Positions 45,047-53,680 of a DNA stretch of 64,000 bases are shown here, piece by piece; the stretch's first letter is position 1, and each line of letters starts with the position of its first letter. This DNA is from a virus: positions 1 through 64,000 of IMG/VR virus record IMGVR_UViG_3300042922_000661; one strand, 5' to 3'. The notes under the pieces are model-generated. The model was given only the letters and a program-made list of their open reading frames with translations, ran no database searches and was not told the origin of the DNA. The position numbers and the translations under genes are program-made.

Positions 45047-45808
45047 CTAGCTCCTTAATCTAGCTGAAACAACTTTTTGATAAGAAGATATTGCTTCATC
45101 TACAATGGCTAATGGATAGAGGCTTTTAATAGGTGAGCCAGATGGGCATGGCACTTTTTCTGAACCATGTTCACTACGCAACTTTTCGCACCATAACCAA
45201 ATTTCATATTCTGAAAGATCTTGAAGTTTTAGTTCGATCAATCGATCAGTAACATTACTAAAATTGGATAAATCGCGAAGGCTTGATAAAGAATTAACCT
45301 TTGCTTCAACTTCATTAACTCTACTTTCCAGTGCTTCACGCTTTTCAATTTCCATAACTAAAGCTTGAACTGTTTGTTGTAGCGAGTTTGCGAAGGCACT
45401 AAGTTCTGATCGTTCTTTTCTAATAGGTGCTGGATAAATACCAAACTCACGGATTGCTGGCAAAACACTATGGAAAAGCCAACGTTGAAATTTTTTACCA
45501 GCAGGTGTCGTATCTTGTGCGAGAACACGATAAAGACCAGGTTCTGTAAGAAAAACTTCAGAAGTTTTATTTCCATCAATAACTAAAGGGATATTCTTAA
45601 GCTCATCAGAATCTAATGTTTTAATCACAGCTTGGAGGACTACAGCCATGTTGGCTGTGCTTTTTCCCTCTATTTTGCGATTTTCAGCAGCAAGAGTTCT
45701 AAGCACGTCTGATAAAGAAACTAAAAGCCCTTCTTGATCGTTCATGCTTCGAATGTAACTTTCGCCGCACTCGCCCTCATAGCAAAGCTGCAATAGATTT
45801 TTGTTCAT
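45047..45808 (-). CDS. BRO-N domain protein (antirepressor-like)
   Basis: FLTEPGLYRVL...KKFQRWLF..VLPAIR..G.Y BRO-N signature followed by a coiled coil. Confidence 0.85.
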   Translation of the reverse strand: MNKNLLQLCYEGECGESYIRSMNDQEGLLVSLSDVLRTLAAENRKIEGKSTANMAVVLQAVIKTLDSDELKNIPLVIDGNKTSEVFLTEPGLYRVLAQDTTPAGKKFQRWLFHSVLPAIREFGIYPAPIRKERSELSAFANSLQQTVQALVMEIEKREALESRVNEVEAKVNSLSSLRDLSNFSNVTDRLIELKLQDLSEYEIWLWCEKLRSEHGSEKVPCPSGSPIKSLYPLAIVDEAISSYQKVVSARLRS

Positions 45809-46068
45809 ACATTCCCCTTATATTTTTTACAATTATACATTGGGTTTACATGTTGTCATTGATATCTTTCTTGATTTATTTCTAGGGGGATTGCACTCTT
45901 TTAACTAAAACAGACGTAGCCGATGCACTGAACACCATGCCAAGCTACGATCCTAATTAGGAATAGGAGACCATATGCGAAGCGTGTCAGCTGGTTACGA
46001 GCATGGCTTACCAGTATCACTGATGAAGTGCGATCATCTGGTGCGCAACCAGCAACACAAAAGTAATA

Positions 46069-46626
46069 TCAGGCGTGAGCAGCGCGGCGACGTTCGATCA
46101 GTCTGGTGGCGATAGACTCGACTTCCGCAAAGTCTTTTGAAGCACTGGCTCTTAGTGCCAGATTCCACTTGCTGAGGGTACGGGCGTTAACAGCCAGTTC
46201 ACTGCCTGCTTTGAGTCGTCCATTTTCTGCCAGCCATTCAGCAACGTCAGCCCAATCCCAAAGCGGCGACTGACCTTTGATGCGCTGGATAGGGCAAGGG
46301 AAATCACCGTTACCGCGCTTGCCGTCTTTCAGCATAGCGATGGCCTGGCGGGACATTTCCGTGATATCTGCAATGTCACTTAACCCGACTAATGCAGAAT
46401 CTACAGACGCTACTGTAGCGCCGATACCGGCAGACTCCACGTTATCAATTGCTGATGCAATAGCGTCGTCCAGTGAGTCAGCTTCACGGTCAAATTCTAA
46501 GTAAACAGAGTGACCATATGCGCAAATCAACGCATCGTCACAGCCGCTTTCGAACAGCGCATCTTCCAGTCCTTCGGTCTCATACGTTACGCCTGAGAGT
46601 GTCAGAGTGAAGTTATAAAGCGCCAT
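46069..46626 (-). CDS. HicB-like / HTH DNA-binding protein, putative antitoxin
   Basis: 185 aa; F.REA.SL.DAI..A N-domain; HTH LVGLSDIA....MSRQAI; FP.P and W.W..V..W motifs. Confidence 0.65.
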   Translation of the reverse strand: MALYNFTLTLSGVTYETEGLEDALFESGCDDALICAYGHSVYLEFDREADSLDDAIASAIDNVESAGIGATVASVDSALVGLSDIADITEMSRQAIAMLKDGKRGNGDFPCPIQRIKGQSPLWDWADVAEWLAENGRLKAGSELAVNARTLSKWNLALRASASKDFAEVESIATRLIERRRAAHA

Positions 46627-46708
46627 AGTACCTCTTCGTTTTTATATGGTTTTACGATGTTTTATGACTCGGTAAGAAGTGGCGTTAACCACTCCTTACC
46701 GGGCAAAA

Positions 46709-46933
46709 TCAAGGGCAGTGACCTACCTTCCGCTTGATTTGCTTGGCGTGGTTCTCCGGACTTCGTGGAGTAGACCACACACTCATATGATGATCTCGGT
46801 GCTCATCTTCTGGATTACCACAACGCAGCTTGCAAAAGCAGTGGGCTGAATCGCCCGGTGGAACCCAAACCCAGCCATGCTCTAACGCATAATCAATGGC
46901 TGCTTGAATATGCTTGTTCGGATGTTTCTTCAT
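46709..46933 (-). CDS. HicA-like putative toxin
   Basis: 74 aa; A...GW......SAH...L and SV.STP pattern; GGAGG SD; precedes the HicB-like gene. Confidence 0.6.
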   Translation of the reverse strand: MKKHPNKHIQAAIDYALEHGWVWVPPGDSAHCFCKLRCGNPEDEHRDHHMSVWSTPRSPENHAKQIKRKVGHCP

Positions 46934-47084
46934 TCGCCTCCGAGTAATACTATTCTATTCTCTGTGTTGACAATCGTCAACGCTGAATGAAATTCATCCG
47001 TTGATGCCCGCACCCCTAACTACTTGGTCAGGTACTGTCTACGGCCAGCCCGGACTAAAGATAAGATAATCTATTTTGCTTGTA

Positions 47085-47113
47085 TTGACAAACAAAATCA
47101 CTAACTGTATATT
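47085..47113 (+). promoter_or_regulatory. Strong sigma70 promoter
   Basis: TTGACA-17 bp-TATATT upstream of 47177. Confidence 0.75.
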
Positions 47114-47176
47114 GCACTTCATGGCGCTGCTTTAGCGTCACCGCCCTGGCGGCTCCAGGCACTAAGGAATAATTTC

Positions 47177-47857
47177 ATGTCTATCTCTTCAATGACCGCT
47201 ACCGCTGCTATCCAGCACATGTCTTACACCCTCACTGGCCTGATCGAGCAGAGCAATAAGCCTGGTTTTGTCTCAGCTGAAGCCTATGCGGATATCAAAA
47301 CCAATTACGAGCTGATTGCCACCAGTTGCACCGACCTGGCGACCGTTGTCTGGCTGCGTAACCACCTCTGCTTTGGCTACATTGGCGATGAATGCACCTT
47401 TGAAGAGATCAACCTGGGCTACCTTGACCACTTCAACTTCATCCTTAAATCAGGCTGGCGTCCAGGCACCGCACCAGCGCACAAGGTGACGCTTAACAAC
47501 ATGTTTGAGCTGGACTGGTGGGAACCTCAACAGATCGCGGTGACAGCGCACACTGCTGATACCGTTACCGGCACAGCCACCATGACAGATACCGAAGGCG
47601 AATATCAGATAGCCTTTGAATGGCAGATGCAGATGGGGGAAAAGGCAGAGCAATATAACCTGCCATTCATGGTAAACATTACGACAGCGCGGTTTACGCT
47701 GCCATATGAGTTCTCACTGTATGAGTGCGATGGAAGCCCGCTCGATGCACTGGAAGCCATTCAGGAAATGGATTGCGCCCTGGGATTTTGCATCGAGTTT
47801 TTCACCGATGTTTACAACAAATATGCCCCGGCAGAAGGGGCAGTTAACCGAGGCTAA
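47177..47857 (+). CDS. Hypothetical protein
   Basis: 226 aa; TAAGGA SD; first gene of a coupled operon. Confidence 0.75.
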   Translation: MSISSMTATAAIQHMSYTLTGLIEQSNKPGFVSAEAYADIKTNYELIATSCTDLATVVWLRNHLCFGYIGDECTFEEINLGYLDHFNFILKSGWRPGTAPAHKVTLNNMFELDWWEPQQIAVTAHTADTVTGTATMTDTEGEYQIAFEWQMQMGEKAEQYNLPFMVNITTARFTLPYEFSLYECDGSPLDALEAIQEMDCALGFCIEFFTDVYNKYAPAEGAVNRG

Positions 47858-47859
47858 TT

Positions 47860-48084
47860 ATGACCGATAAAGCACGCGATCCACGGGCTTTAAACTCAGT
47901 TAAACGAGCCGCCCCCGCGACGGCTCAGATTCAGATGCGTGTTGTTCCTGAAGTTAAAAACCGCTATGTCGTGCAGGCACGGCGGGAAGGGATGAAGCTG
48001 TCAGAGTGGATTCAGCATCACCTTGATGCGGTTTGCCAGTCGGCAGGTGACGCAAAGCTACAGGACAAGAACACCAGTGATTAA
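47860..48084 (+). CDS. Ribbon-helix-helix DNA-binding protein
   Basis: QIQMRV.PE.K..Y...A...G..LSEWI RHH pattern. Confidence 0.75.
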   Translation: MTDKARDPRALNSVKRAAPATAQIQMRVVPEVKNRYVVQARREGMKLSEWIQHHLDAVCQSAGDAKLQDKNTSD

Positions 48085-48385
48085 ACAGGAAATCAGGGCG
48101 CTGTTTTTGGCGCACGGCTTCAAAATGCAGCAGCAGCCTGATGGAAGTACAGATTTAGATCCCGCTTGCTACAGCATCGCTCAGGCGCTTGCAGAGCGAT
48201 TCAGTGATATTTACGGGCAACCGGCAGGAATTGTTGAGATCGCCGCTGCTGGTGGCGCAGAGGCACGCAAAATGCCGCGGTTTCACGATAAGGCTGCGAG
48301 TATTGAGTTTCCGACCTACATCATTCGCCAGCCATCGCAAACCCCCGCGCTGGCCACCAGCAATAAGCAGGCATCCGGGCGCTGA
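48077..48385 (+). CDS. Hypothetical phage protein
   Basis: Probable GTG start overlapping the upstream gene end; IRALFLAHGF...QPDG..DL.P motif. Confidence 0.55.
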   Translation: MIKQEIRALFLAHGFKMQQQPDGSTDLDPACYSIAQALAERFSDIYGQPAGIVEIAAAGGAEARKMPRFHDKAASIEFPTYIIRQPSQTPALATSNKQASGR

Positions 48386-48747
48386 TGGACGACCGGCTAA
48401 GACAATATGGCTGGCACTCATTTGAGAACTGGCCGGAGAGTGAAGTACACGACTATCTCACCACTAAATGCGGCATAATCCATGCCCGCCAGTTACCGGA
48501 CGGAAGCTGGGCTGGTCTTATGCAGCTGCTGTACACGCTAAGTGTCTGTATGGGTATCAGCCCTACAGACTCTTATCAGTATCGCTGGTGTTTTGAAGAT
48601 CCGGCTGAGGCAGTTCACCTGTATAAAACCGCCGTGGAGTTTGACGAGATACCGGATCGCCGGGATTCACTGGTGGGGCATCGGCACAGCACCGGCACTC
48701 CGCTTTACGTAGAGTTTGATCAGCTGGGCCTGCCAAAATGGCGTTAA
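48385..48747 (+). CDS. Hypothetical phage protein
   Basis: 120 aa, TGATG-coupled; Y.YRWCFE motif. Confidence 0.65.
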   Translation: MDDRLRQYGWHSFENWPESEVHDYLTTKCGIIHARQLPDGSWAGLMQLLYTLSVCMGISPTDSYQYRWCFEDPAEAVHLYKTAVEFDEIPDRRDSLVGHRHSTGTPLYVEFDQLGLPKWR

Positions 48748-48822
48748 GACTTCTCATAGACTGACCACCAGCTATCCGGCTGGTGGCCGGTTATCAATTT
48801 AAGCAATTCAGAACGACAGAAA

Positions 48823-49248
48823 ATGGAAATCAGGATTAAATGCCCGCACTGCGGATCGGGAAGCGTTAAGAGCAGCAGGGCGGTCTATGAGCAGGGAACC
48901 TTAAACACGCACAGCGTCAGCCACACAGGATGGATATCGAATCGCGGATCGGGTGGCAACAGGCGGCAGGGCAAATCAACGCGCCAGTCGGTTGCTGCTT
49001 CACGCAATGCGCCAGCTGGCCGCAAGCTTGAGTGGCTTACATTCGTCGCCTCATTTGTGCTGTCTAGCTGGCTGATACTCGATATACCGGCAACTACAGT
49101 TACTGGATCGGTAATAGCAGGCGTAATCATTGCATTGCTGATAACCGCGCTGGTGGCGCACCTCAACCGGCACAACCGGCGCAGAGCACGGGAGAATTAC
49201 CACAGGCAATGGTATTGCATTAAGTGTGGTAATAATTTCATTCACTGA
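48823..49248 (+). CDS. Zinc-ribbon membrane protein
   Basis: CPHCGS at the N-terminus, CIKCG at the C-terminus, two TM helices between. Confidence 0.7.
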   Translation: MEIRIKCPHCGSGSVKSSRAVYEQGTLNTHSVSHTGWISNRGSGGNRRQGKSTRQSVAASRNAPAGRKLEWLTFVASFVLSSWLILDIPATTVTGSVIAGVIIALLITALVAHLNRHNRRRARENYHRQWYCIKCGNNFIH

Positions 49249-49273
49249 GAATGGTAGTTAGTTTTCTTTAAAA

Positions 49274-50074
49274 ATGAAGGCAATTAAGAAGGGGAGTATT
49301 GTGCTTTATAAATACATAGGAAATAAAGACCCTGTTAAGACAGTTGATTATCTTAAGCGGTTTGTAAAAGATGGTACGATTAAAGCTACTATTCCAATTG
49401 AGTTTAATGATCCCGCTGAATTTAAAGTTAAGTTTGAGTTTGATGCTACTGAACAGGAGAAAGCAAACAGATTTTGTCAACTCTGGCCTAATCATATTGA
49501 AGAATGTGATGATTGGGTAAGAAATAGAACCGCGCACGCTGAGTCCTATGATTCCTTGCTGTTACGTGCAGGGCTTCTGCGTAAAGCCGGGGTTATATGC
49601 CTAACTCTAAATCCATCTGATTTCTTGATGTGGTCACATTATGCTCATTCTCACACTGGTTTTTGTATTGGATTTCATGCGACATTGTTAAATGATTTGG
49701 TTTCAAGAGATTGTGTTGGTTATGACTATGTTATATATACAAAAGAACCGGCAACGGTGAATTTCTATAAAGCGAGTGAAGAAGAAATTGGGCGAGCTAT
49801 ATTTTCGCACAAAAGCCCTGTGTGGGAATATGAAAAGGAGTATCGCTTAATATTCGAAAATTCTGGCGTCAGGAAATTCGACACTTCATCAATAAAAGAG
49901 GTTGTAATTGGTTGTCGAGCAAGTAAAGAATTAAGAGATTATGCCAGAGGTTTAGTTGGAACAGGGATTCGTATCTTTGAAATGAGAGAATCACAACATG
50001 ATTATGAGCAAGTAAAAATAGAATTGCTGGAAGATGGACGCGAGGTGCCCGTTGTCATAACAAGCGCCTTATGA
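49274..50074 (+). CDS. DUF2971 family protein
   Basis: LYKY, FNDP.E, LMWSHYA..H.GFCIGF and KS..W.YE.EYR motifs. Confidence 0.88.
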   Translation: MKAIKKGSIVLYKYIGNKDPVKTVDYLKRFVKDGTIKATIPIEFNDPAEFKVKFEFDATEQEKANRFCQLWPNHIEECDDWVRNRTAHAESYDSLLLRAGLLRKAGVICLTLNPSDFLMWSHYAHSHTGFCIGFHATLLNDLVSRDCVGYDYVIYTKEPATVNFYKASEEEIGRAIFSHKSPVWEYEKEYRLIFENSGVRKFDTSSIKEVVIGCRASKELRDYARGLVGTGIRIFEMRESQHDYEQVKIELLEDGREVPVVITSAL

Positions 50075-50167
50075 TTATTATCAGTTGTAGGAAAGTAAAT
50101 GTTTTTGAGTTGTAGTCATGATAAAGCTGGTGGCCCTAACTTCGCCAGCACATTAGGAAATCCATAA

Positions 50168-50198
50168 AATAAAACCCGCATTGAGCGGGCTTTATTTT
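50168..50198. terminator. Bidirectional terminator
   Basis: AATAAAACCCGC-ATTGA-GCGGGCTTTATT between convergent genes. Confidence 0.75.
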
Positions 50199-50204
50199 GT
50201 GTGC

Positions 50205-51092
50205 TTAACGCTTTATGAAATCATCAAACCGGGCCTGATTAACCACTAGCCAGGCGGGCATGTATTCACGCGTAATTGGCCGGATAACCATCTTCCGCGG
50301 CCGGTTCCAGATATCAATATTCTGCTCAACACAGCGACGGATGTGATCCGGATTGTTGAACTCCGGAAGATTGTTCTCTGTGTGAGATATGGTCTCCATC
50401 TTCTCGCTGATCCGGGTGTCTGTCATTACCCATGAAAAGTGCCAGCCAGCGTCTTCAACTATCTTGGTGCGCATCTTCAGCAGCTTCCAGCGCCACCAGC
50501 TATCCCTGATTGGCGTACCTCTGCGCTTAACGTTACGCAGCAGCTCTGGCTGGCCGTAGAAGAAGCCTTTCAGGTTTTTCATAGTGGTCATCTTTGGAAG
50601 TCGGCAAAGACGCGCAGAACCATCGTCATTAAGCACCTGGACGTTGAACTTATAGTTATAGAAATTCAGGTAAAGCGTAGTGCAGAGGTGACGTGGGCTG
50701 TACTGCTTCAGGGCTTCCGGGCGTGGGATTTCATCAACGTCCGATACCATGATGATATCGTCGTCCTGGGCGAAATTTAAGCCACGCATAATGGAGTTAC
50801 GCGCTATCGTTTCGTTTTCCCACGGGTCTGACTCACCGGCTTTTACTACTGAACTGCCGGAAACGAACTCATTCTGATAAATGGTCGGTATCGAGTCATT
50901 AACGACGTAGATAATCTTGTCACGAAACGCCGCAAACTTTTCGATATCAAAGTTGAGTTTATCGCGGAGTTTGCCGGTAAAGGTGTAGAGGGATTCTACG
51001 ATCACGAACCGATCAACATGCTCATAAAGCGTATTGAGGCGGAGCTCTAAAAGCATGTCTTCATCGTAGTACAGGAAACAGTCGTAAATCAT
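50205..51092 (-). CDS. Glycosyltransferase family 17 (beta-1,4-GlcNAc transferase-like)
   Basis: IYDCF.Y..E...LELRL..L...VD.FVIVES..TFTG, SDVDEIP (DxD) and AGWHFSW motifs. Confidence 0.88.
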   Translation of the reverse strand: MIYDCFLYYDEDMLLELRLNTLYEHVDRFVIVESLYTFTGKLRDKLNFDIEKFAAFRDKIIYVVNDSIPTIYQNEFVSGSSVVKAGESDPWENETIARNSIMRGLNFAQDDDIIMVSDVDEIPRPEALKQYSPRHLCTTLYLNFYNYKFNVQVLNDDGSARLCRLPKMTTMKNLKGFFYGQPELLRNVKRRGTPIRDSWWRWKLLKMRTKIVEDAGWHFSWVMTDTRISEKMETISHTENNLPEFNNPDHIRRCVEQNIDIWNRPRKMVIRPITREYMPAWLVVNQARFDDFIKR

Positions 51093-51197
51093 TGGCGGGA
51101 AAACCTTTCTGGCATCATTTTTAAAAGCTATATGGCTGAATTGTACCGTATGCTTAAGCCAGTTTTTACAATTTCCTTACGATTTCCGTAAGTGCCA

Positions 51198-51222
51198 TAA
51201 AAAAGCCTGCCATGACAGGCTT
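51198..51222 (-). terminator. Terminator after the bacteriocin genes
   Basis: AAGCCTG-TCATGG-CAGGC followed by a T run on the minus strand. Confidence 0.7.
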
Positions 51223-51242
51223 AACATAAACTCAGAATGACA

Positions 51243-52055
51243 TTAATGGCCTGACATCGTGACAGGTAAGTCGCCATTAATATTGATTGGGAATGGCATA
51301 CTTCCACCAGTCAGTGATTCCAGGAATCGCCCTGCAGTAGTGAGCTGTTCCGCTGCTTTTGTACGATGGGTACTGGCGTTAAAATCGTAAGTGTCCTGGA
51401 ATCCCCGAACATTAGCATTAAGCGTCCAGGTTCCATCCGCTGCACGATTCAATGTTCCTTCAATTTTCAGCGTAATATTCCCCAGGTACAGGTTAGCCGC
51501 TACACTGTCGTTTCCAGTGTTATATGCAAATTGATGGGTGAAGTTATAAACGCCGGGAGCACTCATACTGGCTAACTGGTCCTGGAAGCCATTAATACCC
51601 GCAGGCTGGAGATTGAGGCCAATCTTGTTGATATCGACATTCATCGGGCGTCCATTTCCCCAGAGGAAATTAGCCATAGCGGAGAATGGACTCCACATGC
51701 TGCCACTCAGCTGATCGCCCATATCGCTAATTTGATAGGATTTTCTCACTTGCGGTGTTGATAGCCAGTCCATAACTCCGGCTGGATTATTATTGGCAAG
51801 ACACTGATCGAAGTAGATGCTCTGGCGGAAGTTGTTCAGCACGACATCTGCATTTTTTTCATTCGAATAGCGTTCAATAATGTCGCAAGTGCCGTCAAAA
51901 CCTCCGCCATTAATGATACTCGTAGCTTGCATTGCCATAGCCTGACCGGGAGGAACGCCCGTTGCGCCACCTGGGTTATAAGAGCCGAATGCTCCACCAG
52001 CTCCCGCATCGCCTGTTCCCACAGGTGCTGTTACGACCATAGTGCCTTCACTCAT
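51243..52055 (-). CDS. cma: Colicin M-like lipid II-degrading bacteriocin, paralog 2
   Basis: 270 aa; TonB-box-like TMVVTA; WGNG, YLGNITL..EGTL and catalytic D.YD.....HR (DTYDFNASTHR). Confidence 0.92.
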   Translation of the reverse strand: MSEGTMVVTAPVGTGDAGAGGAFGSYNPGGATGVPPGQAMAMQATSIINGGGFDGTCDIIERYSNEKNADVVLNNFRQSIYFDQCLANNNPAGVMDWLSTPQVRKSYQISDMGDQLSGSMWSPFSAMANFLWGNGRPMNVDINKIGLNLQPAGINGFQDQLASMSAPGVYNFTHQFAYNTGNDSVAANLYLGNITLKIEGTLNRAADGTWTLNANVRGFQDTYDFNASTHRTKAAEQLTTAGRFLESLTGGSMPFPININGDLPVTMSGH

Positions 52056-52162
52056 AACCTTCTCCTTAATAAAAAATGATGTTGATTTGCTCGCACAACA
52101 GACTGACCCCCTATAGTTAGCCGTCAGAATTAAGGGGTGCAGTCCGTTTAAAAGATTGTTTA

Positions 52163-52966
52163 TTACTGGCCGGAGAAAGAACTATTTAAGTCGCCATTGA
52201 TATTGATTGGGTAATTAACACCCTGGAAGTGTTGACCAAGGAAGTTGCCAATCGTCGTCATATCTTCATTAGTCTTAGTGCGGTGAGTGGATGCATTGAA
52301 GTCATAGTTATCCTGATAACCGCGAACAACGCCGTTGAATGTCCACTGTCCAGAAGCATCACGATTCAACGTACCTTCCATCTGAAGCGTGATGTTGCCG
52401 AGGTAGTAATTAGAAACCAGGCTATCGATGCCTGTGTCATAAGCAAACTTTAGGCTGAAGTTGTAACTGCCTGGTGCGCTCATAGCCATTAACTGATCAT
52501 TAAATCCAGCGATTTTCTGCGGTGCGAGCTGAAGACCAATTTTGTTGATATCAACATTCATTGGACGACCGTTACCCCAAAAGAAATTAGCCAGGGCAGA
52601 AACAACACTGTAAGGGCCACCGCTTAACTGATCGCTCATGTTGTTAAGCTGCCAGTTTTTAAATGAATCTCGATGTTCAAACATATCGGTCATACCACGG
52701 CTATTGTTTGAAGAAACACAATTATCGAGATACACACAGTTTTTAAACCAACCTAAAAGATCATCCAGGTTGTTTTTATTAACTGCATCAACTCCCTCAG
52801 CACTGTTGAATGTCTGGCCTGCGAAGATTTGTTGCATGAGCATTGCTTGTGCTTGACCGACCGGCACCCCTGTTGCTCCGCCTGGGTTATAACTACCATA
52901 TCCAGTAGGTGCTGAATTTCCGAAGCTGACCGGAGGTGCTGTTACAACCATAGTGCCTTCACTCAT
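52163..52966 (-). CDS. cma: Colicin M-like lipid II-degrading bacteriocin, paralog 1
   Basis: 267 aa; same N-terminal MSEGTMVVTAP; YLGNITL..EGTL; DNYDFNASTHR; AAGGAG SD. Confidence 0.92.
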   Translation of the reverse strand: MSEGTMVVTAPPVSFGNSAPTGYGSYNPGGATGVPVGQAQAMLMQQIFAGQTFNSAEGVDAVNKNNLDDLLGWFKNCVYLDNCVSSNNSRGMTDMFEHRDSFKNWQLNNMSDQLSGGPYSVVSALANFFWGNGRPMNVDINKIGLQLAPQKIAGFNDQLMAMSAPGSYNFSLKFAYDTGIDSLVSNYYLGNITLQMEGTLNRDASGQWTFNGVVRGYQDNYDFNASTHRTKTNEDMTTIGNFLGQHFQGVNYPININGDLNSSFSGQ

Positions 52967-53044
52967 ATGTATCTCCTTATGTTTATCATTGTGTTAACGC
53001 GGTATAGAGGATAACAATTCAGACTTAATACCGGCCAGAAACAT

Positions 53045-53060
53045 ATGGTTTTTTATACAG
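53045..53060 (-). promoter_or_regulatory. Degenerate LexA box upstream of the bacteriocin genes
   Basis: CTGTATAAAAAACCAT: ends CAT rather than CAG. Confidence 0.5.
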
Positions 53061-53170
53061 TATTAATTAGCATATTTAACTGCTTGCAAAGCGAGGCGAC
53101 AAGCTTTGATAATTCTAAAAATAATTTAATCATTAAATACAGTTGGTTATAGCAGTGCTTTTGTCTGCAA

Positions 53171-53198
53171 TTGATAACGATTGCTATTTGTATATAAT
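53171..53198 (+). promoter_or_regulatory. Sigma70 promoter of the immunity gene
   Basis: TTGATA-16 bp-TATAAT. Confidence 0.7.
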
Positions 53199-53231
53199 GT
53201 TGCCTAATGAATATCCGTGAGCGAGGGCGTT

Positions 53232-53615
53232 ATGGCAGGAAGAGCAGCAAAAGTGATCGCTTTGGTATTAGCTGGTGGCGTTATATTGGCCCTGGGTGGC
53301 GTCGGTACGCTGGTTTATCTCAGAACTGGCGCTCAGTATTACAGCGTTTCAAATCTGGAAGAGTGTGAAAAATACACAAATGACCAGGCAAAAGAAGCCG
53401 TACTAAGCGCACGACTCAAACAGCCCAATGCTTGGAAAAACTGGAGTGAAGCCTCTGAAGTCGCCAATAAAAATGGCATAAGATTCGTTGATAGCGAAAT
53501 CCAAGGTCCGGATAAGATCTGGCTGGTTCCGTTCTACGAAGCAAAAGCGCCTGATAAAAAGCAGTTCGGTATGCTGGATTGTGGAACATTAACAGTCGAG
53601 TTTGCGTCAGAATAA
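53232..53615 (+). CDS. cmi: Colicin M immunity protein (Cmi/YebF-like)
   Basis: N-terminal TM anchor; periplasmic domain with two Cys, W.VPF and LDC....VEF; divergent from the toxins; ATG 53232 with GAGGG SD. Confidence 0.85.
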   Translation: MAGRAAKVIALVLAGGVILALGGVGTLVYLRTGAQYYSVSNLEECEKYTNDQAKEAVLSARLKQPNAWKNWSEASEVANKNGIRFVDSEIQGPDKIWLVPFYEAKAPDKKQFGMLDCGTLTVEFASE

Positions 53616-53629
53616 TGCGCTTTCGTCCC

Positions 53630-53650
53630 AAATCACAAACCCCTTACCCT
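53630..53650 (+). promoter_or_regulatory. Putative late promoter
   Basis: AAATCACAAAC-CCCT-TACCCT upstream of 53681. Confidence 0.55.
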
Positions 53651-53680
53651 GGCCGTCACGTTTACTAAGAGGCCACCAGC

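Noticed and set aside
47105-47120. CTGTATATTGCACTTC as a LexA box
   Set aside because: The right half lacks CAG; it is better explained as a TG-extended -10 element.
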